From Antedon mediterranea (lineage: Eukaryota; Animalia; Echinodermata): DNA of 64,000 nucleotides. The translations under genes were made by a program, and so were the position numbers. The notes beneath the pieces were generated by a model. It searched no databases, was not told the DNA's origin, and saw only the letters and a program-made list of their open reading frames with translations. Each line of letters begins with the position of its first letter. Position 1 is the stretch's first letter. The DNA lies in NCBI RefSeq assembly GCF_964355755.1, contig NC_092675.1:25268912-25332911 (forward strand), read 5' to 3'. Positions 26,438-43,410 of this stretch are shown here, piece after piece.

Positions 26438-29349
26438 AGCTTCATTGTTTGATTGAATTGAAACTCTTGAAAGACTATTTGCAGACAATAAAGTGTTTGA
26501 ACATTGTCTATATCTAACTAACTATTGATTGTTAACCAAATATTGCAGATTTTCTTGGAAAATTAATGGATATTGTCATTGAGAGAATGACCGGACACAA
26601 TCGTTTGGAAATGATTTTTTTTACATTGAAAAATAAAAGAGACTAATTCAGTGAATTTTTGCAGTAGGTTATTTACAATTTGTAATGTTTATATATTAAT
26701 CTTGGAAATATAATAATTTGTAAAATTTTCATCTCAATTAAATACATTTATACATTTTGTATAACCACCTCCAAAACAATTGTATTGAACACTGGTCTAT
26801 TAAATATTTCAAAAATTTAGTTAACTATTTTGACAAATTGTTCTTCATTCTAAACCACTTAGCCAAATTCACGAGCTCTGATTGGTTGTGCATTTTCTGT
26901 GTCACAAATGGTAGATGGAAATATTAATAAACATGCATAACACCACTTTCTTTTTGCGTGAATTGAGGAAGGAAAAAATATCTAAACTAGATAAATTAAG
27001 TTCTACCTTGCTTTATTAAAATTAATTATATTAATCAGTGACAACAAATTTGGGAAGATATATAAACAAATTACCAAACTTTATGCATGTTATATACAGT
27101 AACTTATGTTATATTAGTACATGGATGAATAATTTTCATTCTAAAATGGACAATATGTTTAGATATTGATATAGGTACATGTAAAATATTAATTATTTTA
27201 TACTCTTTAATTTGTAATCTTTATACTAGCTTCTTAAACAACAGTGTGCATTTCTTTCCAGTATAAACACAAGTTTGTACTTTATTTCATTGCCAAAGAG
27301 ACATTTTTAAAGGTATTGGAGGTATAATATATTGTACAGTATCTAGCTGCTCCCTGATGGCATTAAAACAATCTTACATAATTATTTACACTTTTAATTC
27401 CATGTAATAATTGTGTGACCATTGAAATGTAAAACATGTCCTTGCATATAGATGCATCACGACATTGTTATGTTTCTAAATGGTATTTAAAATAAGGTGT
27501 TTACATGTTGTATAGCTGATTCTGAAGTAGAAGGGAAGCTGTTGAAAGAATTGTATTCAGTGTAAATTATTTGTTTTTCGAAAACAAGATTTATACTTTT
27601 ACATTACTAATCTCATAGTATTATGGGATGTTATTATAAGAAGCTGTTTTCGTATAAATAGATGAACATTACACATGTTGAGCATGTTGTTCATTACTGT
27701 CTATGTTGATTGATTCACATAAAACCCATGATTTAAACCTGATTGGTGTAATGAAAAATAATTTGTTACCCAAACTAATCGAAAAAAACTTTGTACACAA
27801 TTCACTTCAGATGATGTCACTAGCATGCACTGATATTGTGACTTAGTGTTTATTCATTTCAGTGAATAAGATTTTTAGAATAAAAACATTGCTACCCTTG
27901 TATAGCTATGCTAACAAAATGTGTTGTGCAAAATAGTGTACAATTATCTTATGCTGTAAAATGTTCAGATTTTGAAGAAATTGATATCTTTTTCTGAAAG
28001 TTCGATTTTCAAATTTTGAAAGAAATTGAGATCTTTTTAAGAAATTTAAATAGTTTTCCAAAAGTTTTATGAGTTTTTTTTTTCTGAAAGTTTTATTAGT
28101 TTTTCTGATCTTGAATTTATAGAAAATGACATAAATTCATTTCATTGGTACCTTGAATGATATTTTGTCTAGAATGTAATGTTGGATTTTTTTTTCTATA
28201 TCTGTATTCATTTTTTGTACATTAAACTCTTGCTATTTACTTGCAATATGATTTTTTAATCACAAAGCCAAAAGGTTGAAATAATTGTTTAATTACAAAA
28301 GAAAGACACATAAATTGTATTTATAATTATTTCAGCATAAATATATATTTTTATTTTAATGAATCAATCTTTTAATTTACAAAATTACTTTTATACAGAT
28401 ATAGTGGTTATATATTGAAGATAATTAATATGTGATATAAAAATTATATTATAATACATTTTTTTTATAAACATTTAACATTAATGTTTTATTTTGTTTT
28501 AAATTTTTATGTAATTTGTTTGATATTCATACAATAGTCACAACAATTTTACAACTTGAAATTGTTAATTAATGAATGAAGTTAATGATTACAACCTAAT
28601 TGATATTGATTGTGTCCCATACAATTGGTAGATTGTTGCTATTGTCTTACATATGCCCACACTAAACTTGCCCCTAGTCTCTGGTTTATTTTTTCAGTTT
28701 TTTGTATTTCTTAAGTATAATTAATGGTTTGACACGCGATGTTTTTAAGAATATTACCGTAAGCCAAATCTACAATATAGACTGTCAACCCATTTAAAAC
28801 CATCTAAGCTAATACCACTTTCATGGTTATTGAATTGACTAAAGATAATATTTTGTGAATTGATTATTATAGATTAAGTATTATCTTATGACTCAACCTT
28901 GATGTTAATATTGAGTTAAAAGTTTTATCTTATGGTGGTGATATATATTCTAGACAGCACAAACTCCTATATAGCCTGGTTTCCATCAAATATTTACTAT
29001 ATTTGTCTTTTCTTACTAACATAAATGCACGGTCATGTAATACAGAACTTATAGATAATAATTTAATGGAAGCCTGGCTTTGGTGAAAGGTTTGTGCATA
29101 CACTGAGAATGCCATAATATTAGTCACACATTCACTTAGTGGAAACATTCCAAATGTATATAGATGTAAAGAAATTGAAAGTATGTAAATTTAAATGCCC
29201 TGCTGTACTAGATGTGTAAATAGTGTATGTCACTTATCCTTGTAAAAATATTAAAATATGTAATAATTGTGAAATGGATCATGAAGAGATAATATGCTTG
29301 CATTGTTCAACTGCAGTGCTAACTTTGTGTACTCTTGCTAACTTGAAAG

Positions 29350-29355
29350 AATAAA
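29350..29355 (+). terminator. Candidate distal poly(A) signal of MAST (3'UTR about 2.9 kb)
   Basis: AATAAA followed by a GT/T-rich downstream element (GTAGTGTGGTGAATTTGTTTTT). TGTANATA Pumilio-type sites lie at 29155 and 29215. Other AATAAA hexamers exist upstream. Confidence 0.45.
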
Positions 29356-29759
29356 GCAGTGTATGTTAGTAGTGTGGTGAATTTGTTTTTATAAGAATGT
29401 TTATTTGTGTTTTCAGACGTATTGATATTCGTTTCAACTGCATATACGATAATATTCCATTCATCTTTCAAATTCATTGACAATATTCATAAAATGGTCA
29501 TAATGTTATTCATCATAACATGTTATTCATCATGAAAATGATCATGTCAATAAGGTAAAAACATTGAAATACAATAAATCCTGTAATAAAAAAATAAAGT
29601 TTTTTTTCTACGGAAGTGATTAACTTTATTAAAACTACAAAGTATCCTATTCAAAGTCTGATTTAATTAATCTTCATTTTTCATGTTTTTGGGGGACAAT
29701 AAACTCACCCAATGTCTGGGAAAAGAGAGTCTATGAGGGCTCACAGTTGAACGATTTTG

Positions 29760-29825
29760 GACTCTCGCGCTTTGATTGGTTGACGCGAATCACACACTGC
29801 GGAAGAATTTTCTCACGTGTGCCGT
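29760..29825 (+). promoter_or_regulatory. CpG-containing motif cluster upstream of LRRC40
   Basis: TCTCGCG, an inverted CCAAT box (GATTGG) and an E-box CACGTG within 65 bp, about 600 bp before the LRRC40 ATG. It could be part of a repeat. Confidence 0.3.
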
Positions 29826-30437
29826 GAAGTCACATCGTTTCCGAGGAATGGAAATTTGTTGAATGAGGTTAAATAAACACTTTTTTTTAATTTAATAAAC
29901 ATATATCATCATATTTTATTGAATTTTACAATGTTGATATACAAAATATATTACGAAAAACCGTAATTTTATGCAATAATTTATCTAAAATGGTGTAGAT
30001 CATACAATTTCCGACTAGACTGAGGGTGCAATTTGTTGAATCACCCAATATGTTTACTTCGTTCGTGACTAAAAATCATTATTTTCGGCCATGTTATATT
30101 AACTTAACTAGAAGTTTAGTAGTAGTAGTAGTATTTCGAAAACTACAAGTCGGATTTTCATAATTTTTTCTTTATTATGTTATTGATACAAAATACTAAC
30201 AGGCAATATATAATTTGTTAAAAAAATTAGTAACTTTAAGTTCTACAAATTTGAAAAAATAAATCTACACCAAGAAAAAAGTTTTATCCATCGTTGGTGG
30301 CGGTACAACTGTTACCAAATTTAATTTTGCAAATTCAAGTCCGTCAATCGAAATCGAATCGACGAATATGTATCCAGGGCTAGGCCTATGCCTAAGCAAA
30401 CTTTGAGTTAGAATTTGTGTTATTATTGGGTTTTAGT

Positions 30438-35405
<4,968 letters not shown>

Positions 35406-35969
35406 ATATTTAGTTTGAATATATCATATCAAAGCTAAATTATATTAGACTTACTTAACAATAAAAAACAGACATTTAAATTTGGACTTAGAATAGACCC
35501 ATGATTGGATTGGTATAACTCTACAGATTTGCTCCGATGCTGGACTGTATGCGCAACATGAACAGAAAAATCTATACTGCATTAATGGCATAAAAAGCTA
35601 ACATTAAATTACACTATAATATTGTACCTATCAAGTGGCAGGATTTATTTGACCGATACAGGCACTATAAAGCAGTATATTTTAATTTGAAGACAAAGTT
35701 GTTTATTAATTGTAGTATGATGACCACCAAATAACTTTCAGTTTAAATTTGTTTTTTTTTGTAAAATAAAATTATATATTGCTAATAAAATATGTTTTAT
35801 AGTGCCAATATTTGTATTAGAATGGCTACTGTAGCTGAAATAAATGTAATATAATAATCTTACTTGCGTGTGTGCCATTATTCAATGTAGTTTTCATTAC
35901 ACCATAAAGTATTTGTTTTTGTTACTGCACACTGTACATCTTTGCCCCAGTTATTTAGTGTACTGTATA

Positions 35970-36882
35970 CCATAATACACCTAAATAAATTCATGTTGTT
36001 TTATTGGACGATTGTGGGTCACATGGTGTGCAATATTCAACAGTTTTATTTAATAGTACAGTACTTCTTTTCGTGTACAAAAAAAAAATCTTATCGCAAT
36101 AGTTAGTATCGAATAGTATACAAATAATGCAATATTACAATAATGGCATGAGGTGATTGATGAAAGGTTATATTTTCAACAAAGCGAACCAAGAATAAAA
36201 ACTTGCATTATTTGTTTTATATATAAATATATTCCTGTCATTTGAATTAGATTGAATAAAAGGTAGGACTAGGTAGGCCTACATTTGATTCACATTGAAA
36301 CATAAACATTGATATTGTTTTTTATAGAATAATATATTTGGATTTTATAAACACACCTACCTGAAGTGTTAATTATGTCAACAAACGACCAAACAATCCT
36401 TGGACTAAGTAGACTAAAGCACCTAGGCCTCACCTAATAATTGTAATATAAAAGAGACTAATATATATAGGTTGGTTAGAAAGGCAGCCATACCATTACG
36501 AACTGGAACTCATCTAGGCTAATTAAGTTGGTAACAGTAAGCTAGGCGCTTTAACCCAGGATTGCTTGGTCATTTGTTGACATAATTAGCAATGCAGTAG
36601 GTGTGTTTATAAAATCCAAATAAATATAATATTTAACATATACTATAAAAAACCAAATAAATGTTACTGTTTGTGAATCAAATGTAGGCATTTTTATTCA
36701 ATCTGATTCAAATATATTTAGATGTTATATAAAACAAATAATGAATATTTTGTATTTGTGTAACGGTTATTTTTCCATGAGGCAAAGCCGAGTTCAAATA
36801 TAACCTTTTATCATTCACCTCATGCCATTATTTGTACCATTACGCTCATTAACATTTAGTATTTGGCTATTTGTATAATAAT
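35970..36882. mobile_element. Palindromic non-autonomous element(s) forming a ~700-bp foldback between LRRC40 and PRPF38A
   Basis: Arms ~36136-36427 and ~36542-36836 are imperfect inverted copies. The outer sequence is homologous to 57628-57945 (ATTGGACGA.TGTGGGTCACATGG.GTGCAATA; CTCGGCTTTGCCTC; ATCATTCACCTC.TGCCATTATTTGTACC). Confidence 0.8.
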
Positions 36883-37101
36883 CTGGCACTGTAAATACAC
36901 CCTACAAAGAGAAAGTGACTAAAATAACTATTTTTAAAATGCTTTTATTGAAACCCTCAAATCTGTTTAGCAACAGACATGTACACTCTTCACTTTATTT
37001 TCTCATTTGCACTATTTCAATATTAGGAATGATGGAAATATTTTCAACATAATAAGCATACAATTTTTAACAACTGATGGTGATGGTGACAAGTTTTTAG
37101 T

Positions 37102-40100
37102 TCATTTCAATGGTGGAAGTCCAAGAGATGCACGTAATGCATTAGCTTCTGCAATCTCATCAGATTCATTCTTTTTCTCTCGTTTGCTTTCATGTTTATG
37201 ATCTCTCTCGTGTCTACTCCTTTTAGTCTTGTGTGATTTCCGCCTGTGAAAGATATCATTTATTTTTTCACATCAATTTTGATTATAAAACTAACAAGAA
37301 CTATTTTGGCGCCCCCTGACACTCCCCAAAAGGAAACAGCAATGAAGCTTTTTTACAAAATCGTAAGATAAAAAAACAAATTTTGGACATTGAAGCAATG
37401 ACATGTTTGAGGACCATTAACAGAAGGGTTGTAAATGAGACAGTATTTTATTTTGTGTAACTTACCTATCATCATCATCTGTATGTCTATGGCTTCTATG
37501 CTTATCAGTGTGCTCTCTATCTCTATGACGCCGTTCTTTAAGGAAGAAATGAAAATAATATTTAGTAATATAATGGGTTAATTTGTCTGTTGGCATTTAC
37601 TTTAATGCTGGAAAAATGAAATTTGATTGGGTGAATGAACTCCAGCCAAGAATTTGTATCCCTTTAGAGTTATGAAGCTTGGCTACCACTCCAAGGGTCC
37701 AGTCAGGACTTTTTCTAATGACAAAATTACAACTCCACTCCCAAAGACTGTAATAAGACTTGTGTATATGTTTGTCTTGTGAACCTCTGAGGGTCCCTAA
37801 TGATCAGCAATTGCTGGATTGATCACCCTCATTAAATATGGTCAAAAAAGAGTATTATTAATAAGGGTAAATATATAAAAATTACAATTACCAATAGGAG
37901 TTAAATAAAGTTTACCTGGTGATCTTGACCGCCGCCTTTCTCTTGATCGACTTCTCCTTCTCCTATGAGGTGAATCTCGCCTCCGCCTACTGAAGAAAAA
38001 TAAAATTTTAAAAAACTTAGCTAAGCTTCAGAGTGAAGCTCATGAGAAAGATATACAAGTGTGTCAAAATAAGTGCGTACTGAACTTTTCTTAAACTTGA
38101 CTTACTGTAATATACATTAAAAATATTTACCTTCTATAAGGTGATCTTGATCTACTTCTTCGATACCTTGGTGATGGACTTCGTCGTGAACGATCACGAT
38201 CCCTATATCGATCTGGTGAACGACCTCTACTATCCTATGTTTTAAAAAAAGTATCATTTTAATTAAATATTATTCATAGCAAACTACTACACTTTTTTTA
38301 ACAGGTTTATTTACCTATATAAATAATATAATAAACCTAAATTGTTTTTGTTGAAATTTCTCTATAATTTATGCGAATAACTTTACTGTTACCTTAATAA
38401 TTTCTTCCTCCTCATCACTTGAACTTTCCATGACCTCTAAGTCTTCTTCCAATGCACTAACCTGAATAAAATGAGGTTTATTAAAAGCAAATTAACAAAT
38501 AATATAAAAATTACAGCTATAATATTTTGTTTCAATATCAATCAAAAAAGAAAACAAATCCTAAAATCATACTCTGAGTTCTAACTTTTCAGCTTCTTCC
38601 AGTATATAGCGCTTCTGAATTCTTGGTAAAATAATACTACACACACGTTCTTCATGAAGCAGTTGGTCAATGAACTCATCAATATGTGTTAACTCGTATC
38701 CTCCATTGTTGTTCTGAAATCGAATCTTTCTGTAATCATTGTACAGTGGTTCCAGGTACTTGTATATTTCAACACTCTCTCCTATAAGTCGCAGGTACAT
38801 AGCACCTAAACAACGTACATACCTAAAAAAATAATAATTTGGTGAGACATGTTTCTGCAGTAACAAGTTTTACTGTTTTGAACTTAATCACAAGAAAAGG
38901 ATCTCAAATATTGTTCTGGTTTTGGATTTAATAACTCAATCAACTATACTAAACAAACAAAATATTGTACAGTACATGTGTAGAATCTGTACTACAGTAC
39001 ATGTGTAGAATCTGTACTACAGTACATGTGTAGAATCTGTACTACAGTACATGTGTAGAATCTGTACTACAGTACATGTGTAGAATCTGTACTACAGTAC
39101 ATGTGTAGAATCTGTACTACAGTACATGTGTAGAATCTGTACTACAGTACATGTTTATATCAATAAATATAAAAATTAATAATTGCAAAATTTTTAATAT
39201 TTAAACAGCTTTTATTTATTACTGTAAAAAGAAAAATCAGCCACTGAAAGTGTTTTTGAAATTAAGATTATATGTACAGTAATTAAAGAACTATAATTAT
39301 AATCGGAAAATCGGCTACTTACTTAAAATCATCATTCTTTATGAATTCAATAACAATGTCCTTTTCTGGTTGGATCTGTAACATTTTAAGTATGAGACAA
39401 AGAAAAGGAGACGGTTTCACGTTTCCACCAAAAACTCCTCCAATGTAACGCAATTCCATGGCTTTGTCAACGAGAAGTTCAGCTAGAAAAATAGTGATGA
39501 TATTTTAGGATACATACTATTACTAGTAACTAGCTAGGTCTCTACTACTGTAATTGTATTACTATACTTGCTTGATACTTGCTTGATGTTATATGGGTCG
39601 TTTAATATGATAATTTTATAGTCACAATCAGTAATAAAAAAAACAAGCTAAGAAGCTTACTAACTAGATTAGATTAGTAGGCCTAGCACCAAGAGCCCCA
39701 GCAAACAGGGCTGTCAACTAGACTAAAACTAATCCCGGTCGAAGTCTATACCTTGGCTGCCCTTATCATGACATATGGGGAACAACGGCAGGGTCCCGGC
39801 TTGCTTCGGATTACGGTCGAATCGGCCGCCAACTAAAGCGGCCGCTAGTTCAATAACGGTAATCTGTATGGAACGCCGTGTGCGCTTTGATTGTCGTTGT
39901 TTTGTAATCTTTGATTGTCATTGTTTCGACAGGTTTTCTTTACCTCGGACGTAAATAACAATCTACATTATTATGTAATTTATTCACGAAATGGCGAATC
40001 GATGATTACTTATTTTAACTGTTCTAAATGATATACATATGTTTAATAAAGTCTATAAAATACATTGTGGTGTTTATATTGTATATTAATATAATATAAT

Positions 40101-41390
40101 AATAAATAAACCAATCAATAAAGTATATCAAAATATATAAATATATTAATAATTAAAAATATTTGTTATTGTATATTAATTAATTAGTAAAGTAACTATA
40201 GTAGTGTTCGCAATCATAATTTAATTACAATAACATGATGACAGCAATTTATTTAATATCCTACACTATTTTATTACTTCAGATATTTAAATATTGATCA
40301 ATTGAAAATGAGTTTTAAATACTAAAATAAGATGAAAGTGTCTGTTTGATACGGTAATTAATTACGCGAATTTCTGCTAATAACTCGACTGACGGCCAGC
40401 AATAGTGCTGCTGCACATTAGGTGGGCGTCCCATGTTGCTTTATTGAAAACACAAACAATGTACAGTATTACAATGGAATACATAACACTTAAATGTATA
40501 ACACACACTATTACTAATAATAAAAACCAAGATTCGATAGTACAGTATGTCAATGAGATATAAATATAAATTCGGCAATACCGTACGTAAATTATTATTG
40601 CAATACTGTATAAAATTCAATAGTTAAATGTAAATGAGATATAAATATTCGGAAATACCGTACGTAAATTATTATTGCAATACTGTAAAAAAATCGACAG
40701 TATGTAAATGAGATATAAAGATTCGGCAATACCGTACGTAAATTATTATTATTGCAATACTGAATAAGGATTCAATAGTATATAAACGAGATATAAAGAT
40801 TCGGCAATATCGTATACGTAAATTATTATTGCAATACTGTATAAGGATTCAATAGTATGTAAACGAGATATAAAGGTTCGGCAAAATATATTTCGATATA
40901 TGTATTAGTTAATAGTAAATACAAATAAAATATACATTGATTTATCGGCAGGCAAACTTAATTATTATACTTATAGAAATATAAAGATTTGATAGTACAT
41001 GAGTTGGCTTATATTTATTTAGCTGTAACTCAACTCGCCATAGGCCATGGCGTTGACAACGACAATCAAAGATTAAAGCGCACATGGCGTTCCATACAAA
41101 TGACGATATTAAACTGGCGGCCGCTTCGACCATACTCCCTTGCTTCGACCCGTCAAGTCGGAAAGCAACAAGCCCCTTCATTAAAGATTCCTGAACCCTA
41201 GGCTAGTAAATAAAGGTGTATTATATCGACTCTACACCAAATTAGTGCATAGAAACTTACCACTGAGGGCAAAGCATTGTTCCTTCCAATACTTCGACTC
41301 ATATATCCTTGATCTAGTGATCTTTTCCACTAAATATTGAGGATTTGTTCCTTTGACACTATTCGCGTCCTTTACCGTGCGATTCGCCAT
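37102..41390 (-). CDS. PRPF38A: Pre-mRNA splicing factor 38A, 8 exons, complete, with RS-rich tail and C-terminal HIND motif
   Basis: Exons 41390-41261, 39482-39323, 38822-38573, 38461-38393, 38234-38131, 37989-37916, 37535-37466, 37243-37102, all GT-AG and phase-consistent. Peptides MANRTVKDANSVKGTNPQYLVEK, KPSPFLCLILKMLQIQPEKD and YKYLEPLYNDYRK. Confidence 0.97.
37669..37848 (+). mobile_element. 5'-truncated, internally deleted copy of the tRNA-derived SINE, in PRPF38A intron 6
   Basis: Near-identical to the reverse complement of 32795-33010, with the B box deleted. Confidence 0.85.
38971..39154. repeat. Minisatellite, 7 perfect 25-bp units plus a partial unit
   Basis: Unit AGTACATGTGTAGAATCTGTACTAC, contiguous with no spacers. 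Confidence 0.95.
39808..41138. mobile_element. Non-autonomous TIR transposon with 8-bp TSD (Merlin-like) in PRPF38A intron 1
   Basis: TSD CTTGCTTC at 39800-39807 and 41139-41146. The ~90-bp imperfect TIRs start GGATTACGGTCGAA / GGAGTATGGTCGAA. GG termini plus an 8-bp TSD fit Merlin. Confidence 0.85.
40550..40885. repeat. ~76-bp tandem repeat (about 4.3 copies) inside the Merlin-like element
   Basis: Repeated GAGATATAAAGATTCGGCAATACCGTACGTAAATTATTATTGCAATACTG. Confidence 0.88.
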
Positions 41391-41626
41391 TTTAATTTGT
41401 TGACTTCATCCTCGATTTATTGTTAATTAAAATGTTAACAATTATTATTAATTATTTAGTCAATAATTAATAATTTAGAGCTACAATAAATTATACCTAT
41501 GTATTTAATAATTATTATTTAATTTATATTTAGTTATATCTGACATTCAATTACAAAGCCTATAATTATTACTACTGCCCCTCAATACATTTGTTTAGTT
41601 TCTGTTATTAGCAGTCGGTCATTCAA

Positions 41627-41636
41627 TGCGCATGCG
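41627..41636. promoter_or_regulatory. NRF1-type motif upstream of PRPF38A
   Basis: TGCGCATGCG about 240 bp upstream of the ATG, in otherwise very AT-rich DNA. Confidence 0.45.
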
Positions 41637-41758
41637 GTAACAAGGGATTTCCCCTTTTTCCAAATAAGTTTCTACCACACCGCGTCTGGTTTCGAGAATA
41701 TGTTTTTATTCAATAAACTAAGGGGGCTCTTGTATTACACGTGGTGTTGGTTCAAACT

Positions 41759-42045
41759 AGAATCTCCTGTTCGTCCGAAGCGCGTAACAATTTCGAAAGG
41801 CATTGTGGGATAGAATAGAGCTATGGGTGGCGCCATTGTGAGCCATGGAGTAGGGCGCCCGCATCAAATTAGAAAGTCAAAATCATAGAGGGGATCTGCT
41901 AATACTCTAGGGGGATAGAGTAATTGACTTCCTAGTTTGGAGGGGGCGCTGCTCCATGCTGTGAAATGGCGTCGCCCAGTTTGACCTTTTAACCCTGTAC
42001 TTCCGATACTGTGTTTTGAATGCAAATTGAAGAACAGGAGATTCT
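41759..42045. mobile_element. MITE-like element with two nested inverted repeats
   Basis: Outer 14-bp IR AGAATCTCCTGTTC/GAACAGGAGATTCT, and an inner imperfect GC-rich IR at ~41825-41860 / ~41943-41978. Confidence 0.65.
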
Positions 42046-42408
42046 TGTGTTATAAGTTCTTTGGTTATATTCAAGAGAACGGACGCATTATTAGGAAATA
42101 CTGTACTATTTGTTTACTACGCTACGGCTAAAAAATGGGTACTAGTAGTATTTGGAAACTCAGACTGGACATGCTCAAACCAGGCTAAGCACGTTTGGGA
42201 GAAGAGTATGCAAATTTAATTCATTGGTAAATCAACCACAGAATGAAAAAATCGAATCCAATCAAAATATACATCCTCAAAACAGTTATGTATTTAATAC
42301 TGTACCCGATAGACCCTGCTTTATGATTAAATAGAGCATTTTAAACTACATACAGTGTATTTTACTTAACACAAAATGTTTACGCTACTATTGTATTGAT
42401 TGTTAAAC

Positions 42409-42432
42409 TTAAAGATGTATTGTCCCCCTGAA
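42409..42432 (+). mobile_element. Solo terminal repeat of the Kolobok-like family
   Basis: TTAA-AGATGTATTGTCCC is identical to the left end of 45759-46305. Confidence 0.55.
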
Positions 42433-42579
42433 AAAATAAAAACGTTCACAGAACTTTTGATCTTATAAATTACAATAATAATTTAGTTAAGTTAGACGAT
42501 GAAAATGGAAAAGAAGCTCCAAAATGAACTACAGTATAAATTAAATTTTAATAAATACAGTATATACCACCTGTAACCA

Positions 42580-42885
42580 TTCAATCTTTTATTTCGGATC
42601 AATCTTTTATTTCGGAATCTCTGGTCCATAGAAAGTAGAAATTACACATAAACGAAATAAAATAAACAAGACTAAATTACTACTACTCGTCTCCGGATGG
42701 CATTCCACCTGGATGGCATTCCACCTGGAGAGCATCTTCGACTTAACTAAGACATTGCTCATAATCGTTGAGACTAAAACATTTTCGCTTGCATTTAGTC
42801 TACCCATCAGGCCATATATTGATTTTCTAAACAATTCATCAAAAGAAGGAATTCTACATTCCGTAAACATAAGGCTGGCACTGCA
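42580..42885 (-). mobile_element. 5'-truncated LINE (L2/CR1-group) 3' end
   Basis: Encodes CSASLMFTECRIPSFDELFRKSIYGLMGRLNASENVLV, which resembles the ORF2 C-terminus of such LINEs. A short 3'UTR follows, ending TATGGACCAGAGATTCCGAAATAAAAGATTGA with a duplicated tail. Confidence 0.78.
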
Positions 42886-43032
42886 ATGTTGAGGTCTTTG
42901 TACATTTTCTGTATATATCTATTTTATTACAGTATACCTCTCCAGAAATCCAGTCACAATGTAAAAGCACTGCCACTGATTTCTCTTTATAATGTAAAAA
43001 AAAAAACAACTCAGCAACGGTCAACACATTCA

Positions 43033-43410
43033 TCATAAATATTCCTGGTTCTTTTTACCATGTTCAAATATTTGTATATTTTGAAATAGGTTTTGTGTCT
43101 CTAAATCTGTAAGTGTTGGATTCAACTCTGGATGACGTAGCCTACATACGGTATTAGAATAAATATCTTTTTTATCTTGTTCAAACATGGTGGGCAAAAT
43201 TCCAATTGTTTGTTGTATATTTTTTGAATGTAACGCAAGTATACGCCTTTGATGGGCTGTACATGACACCGATGACTCGGAATAAATATCATAGACGTCT
43301 GGAAGTAATTGTAAAATTTCAGATGACTGTTTTAAGTGCATCTTCATCTGGAAAAGGACGTTTGACCCAGTATAACGCACTACTTGATGAGACACGGCTT
43401 GCAACATCAT
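43033..43410 (-). CDS. Uncharacterised 125-aa protein, single coding exon
   Basis: ATG-initiated 378-nt ORF in AT-rich DNA with ordinary globular composition. A clean acceptor TTTTTAATTTCAG lies 36 nt upstream (exon edge 43446), with an in-frame TAG before the ATG. No family recognised. Confidence 0.5.
   Translation of the reverse strand: MMLQAVSHQVVRYTGSNVLFQMKMHLKQSSEILQLLPDVYDIYSESSVSCTAHQRRILALHSKNIQQTIGILPTMFEQDKKDIYSNTVCRLRHPELNPTLTDLETQNLFQNIQIFEHGKKNQEYL

Noticed and set aside
26011-26445. 144-aa Phe/Ser-rich minus-strand ORF and 80-aa Lys/Arg-rich alternative-frame ORF
   Set aside because: Shadow frames of the purine-rich K/E tract in the last MAST exon.
38971-39154. CRISPR-like array
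   Set aside because: The units are contiguous with no unique spacers, the context is a eukaryotic intron, and there are no cas genes.
40942-41201. Overlapping 79-aa and 70-aa ORFs
   Set aside because: They lie across the right TIR of the Merlin-like element and have no protein motif.
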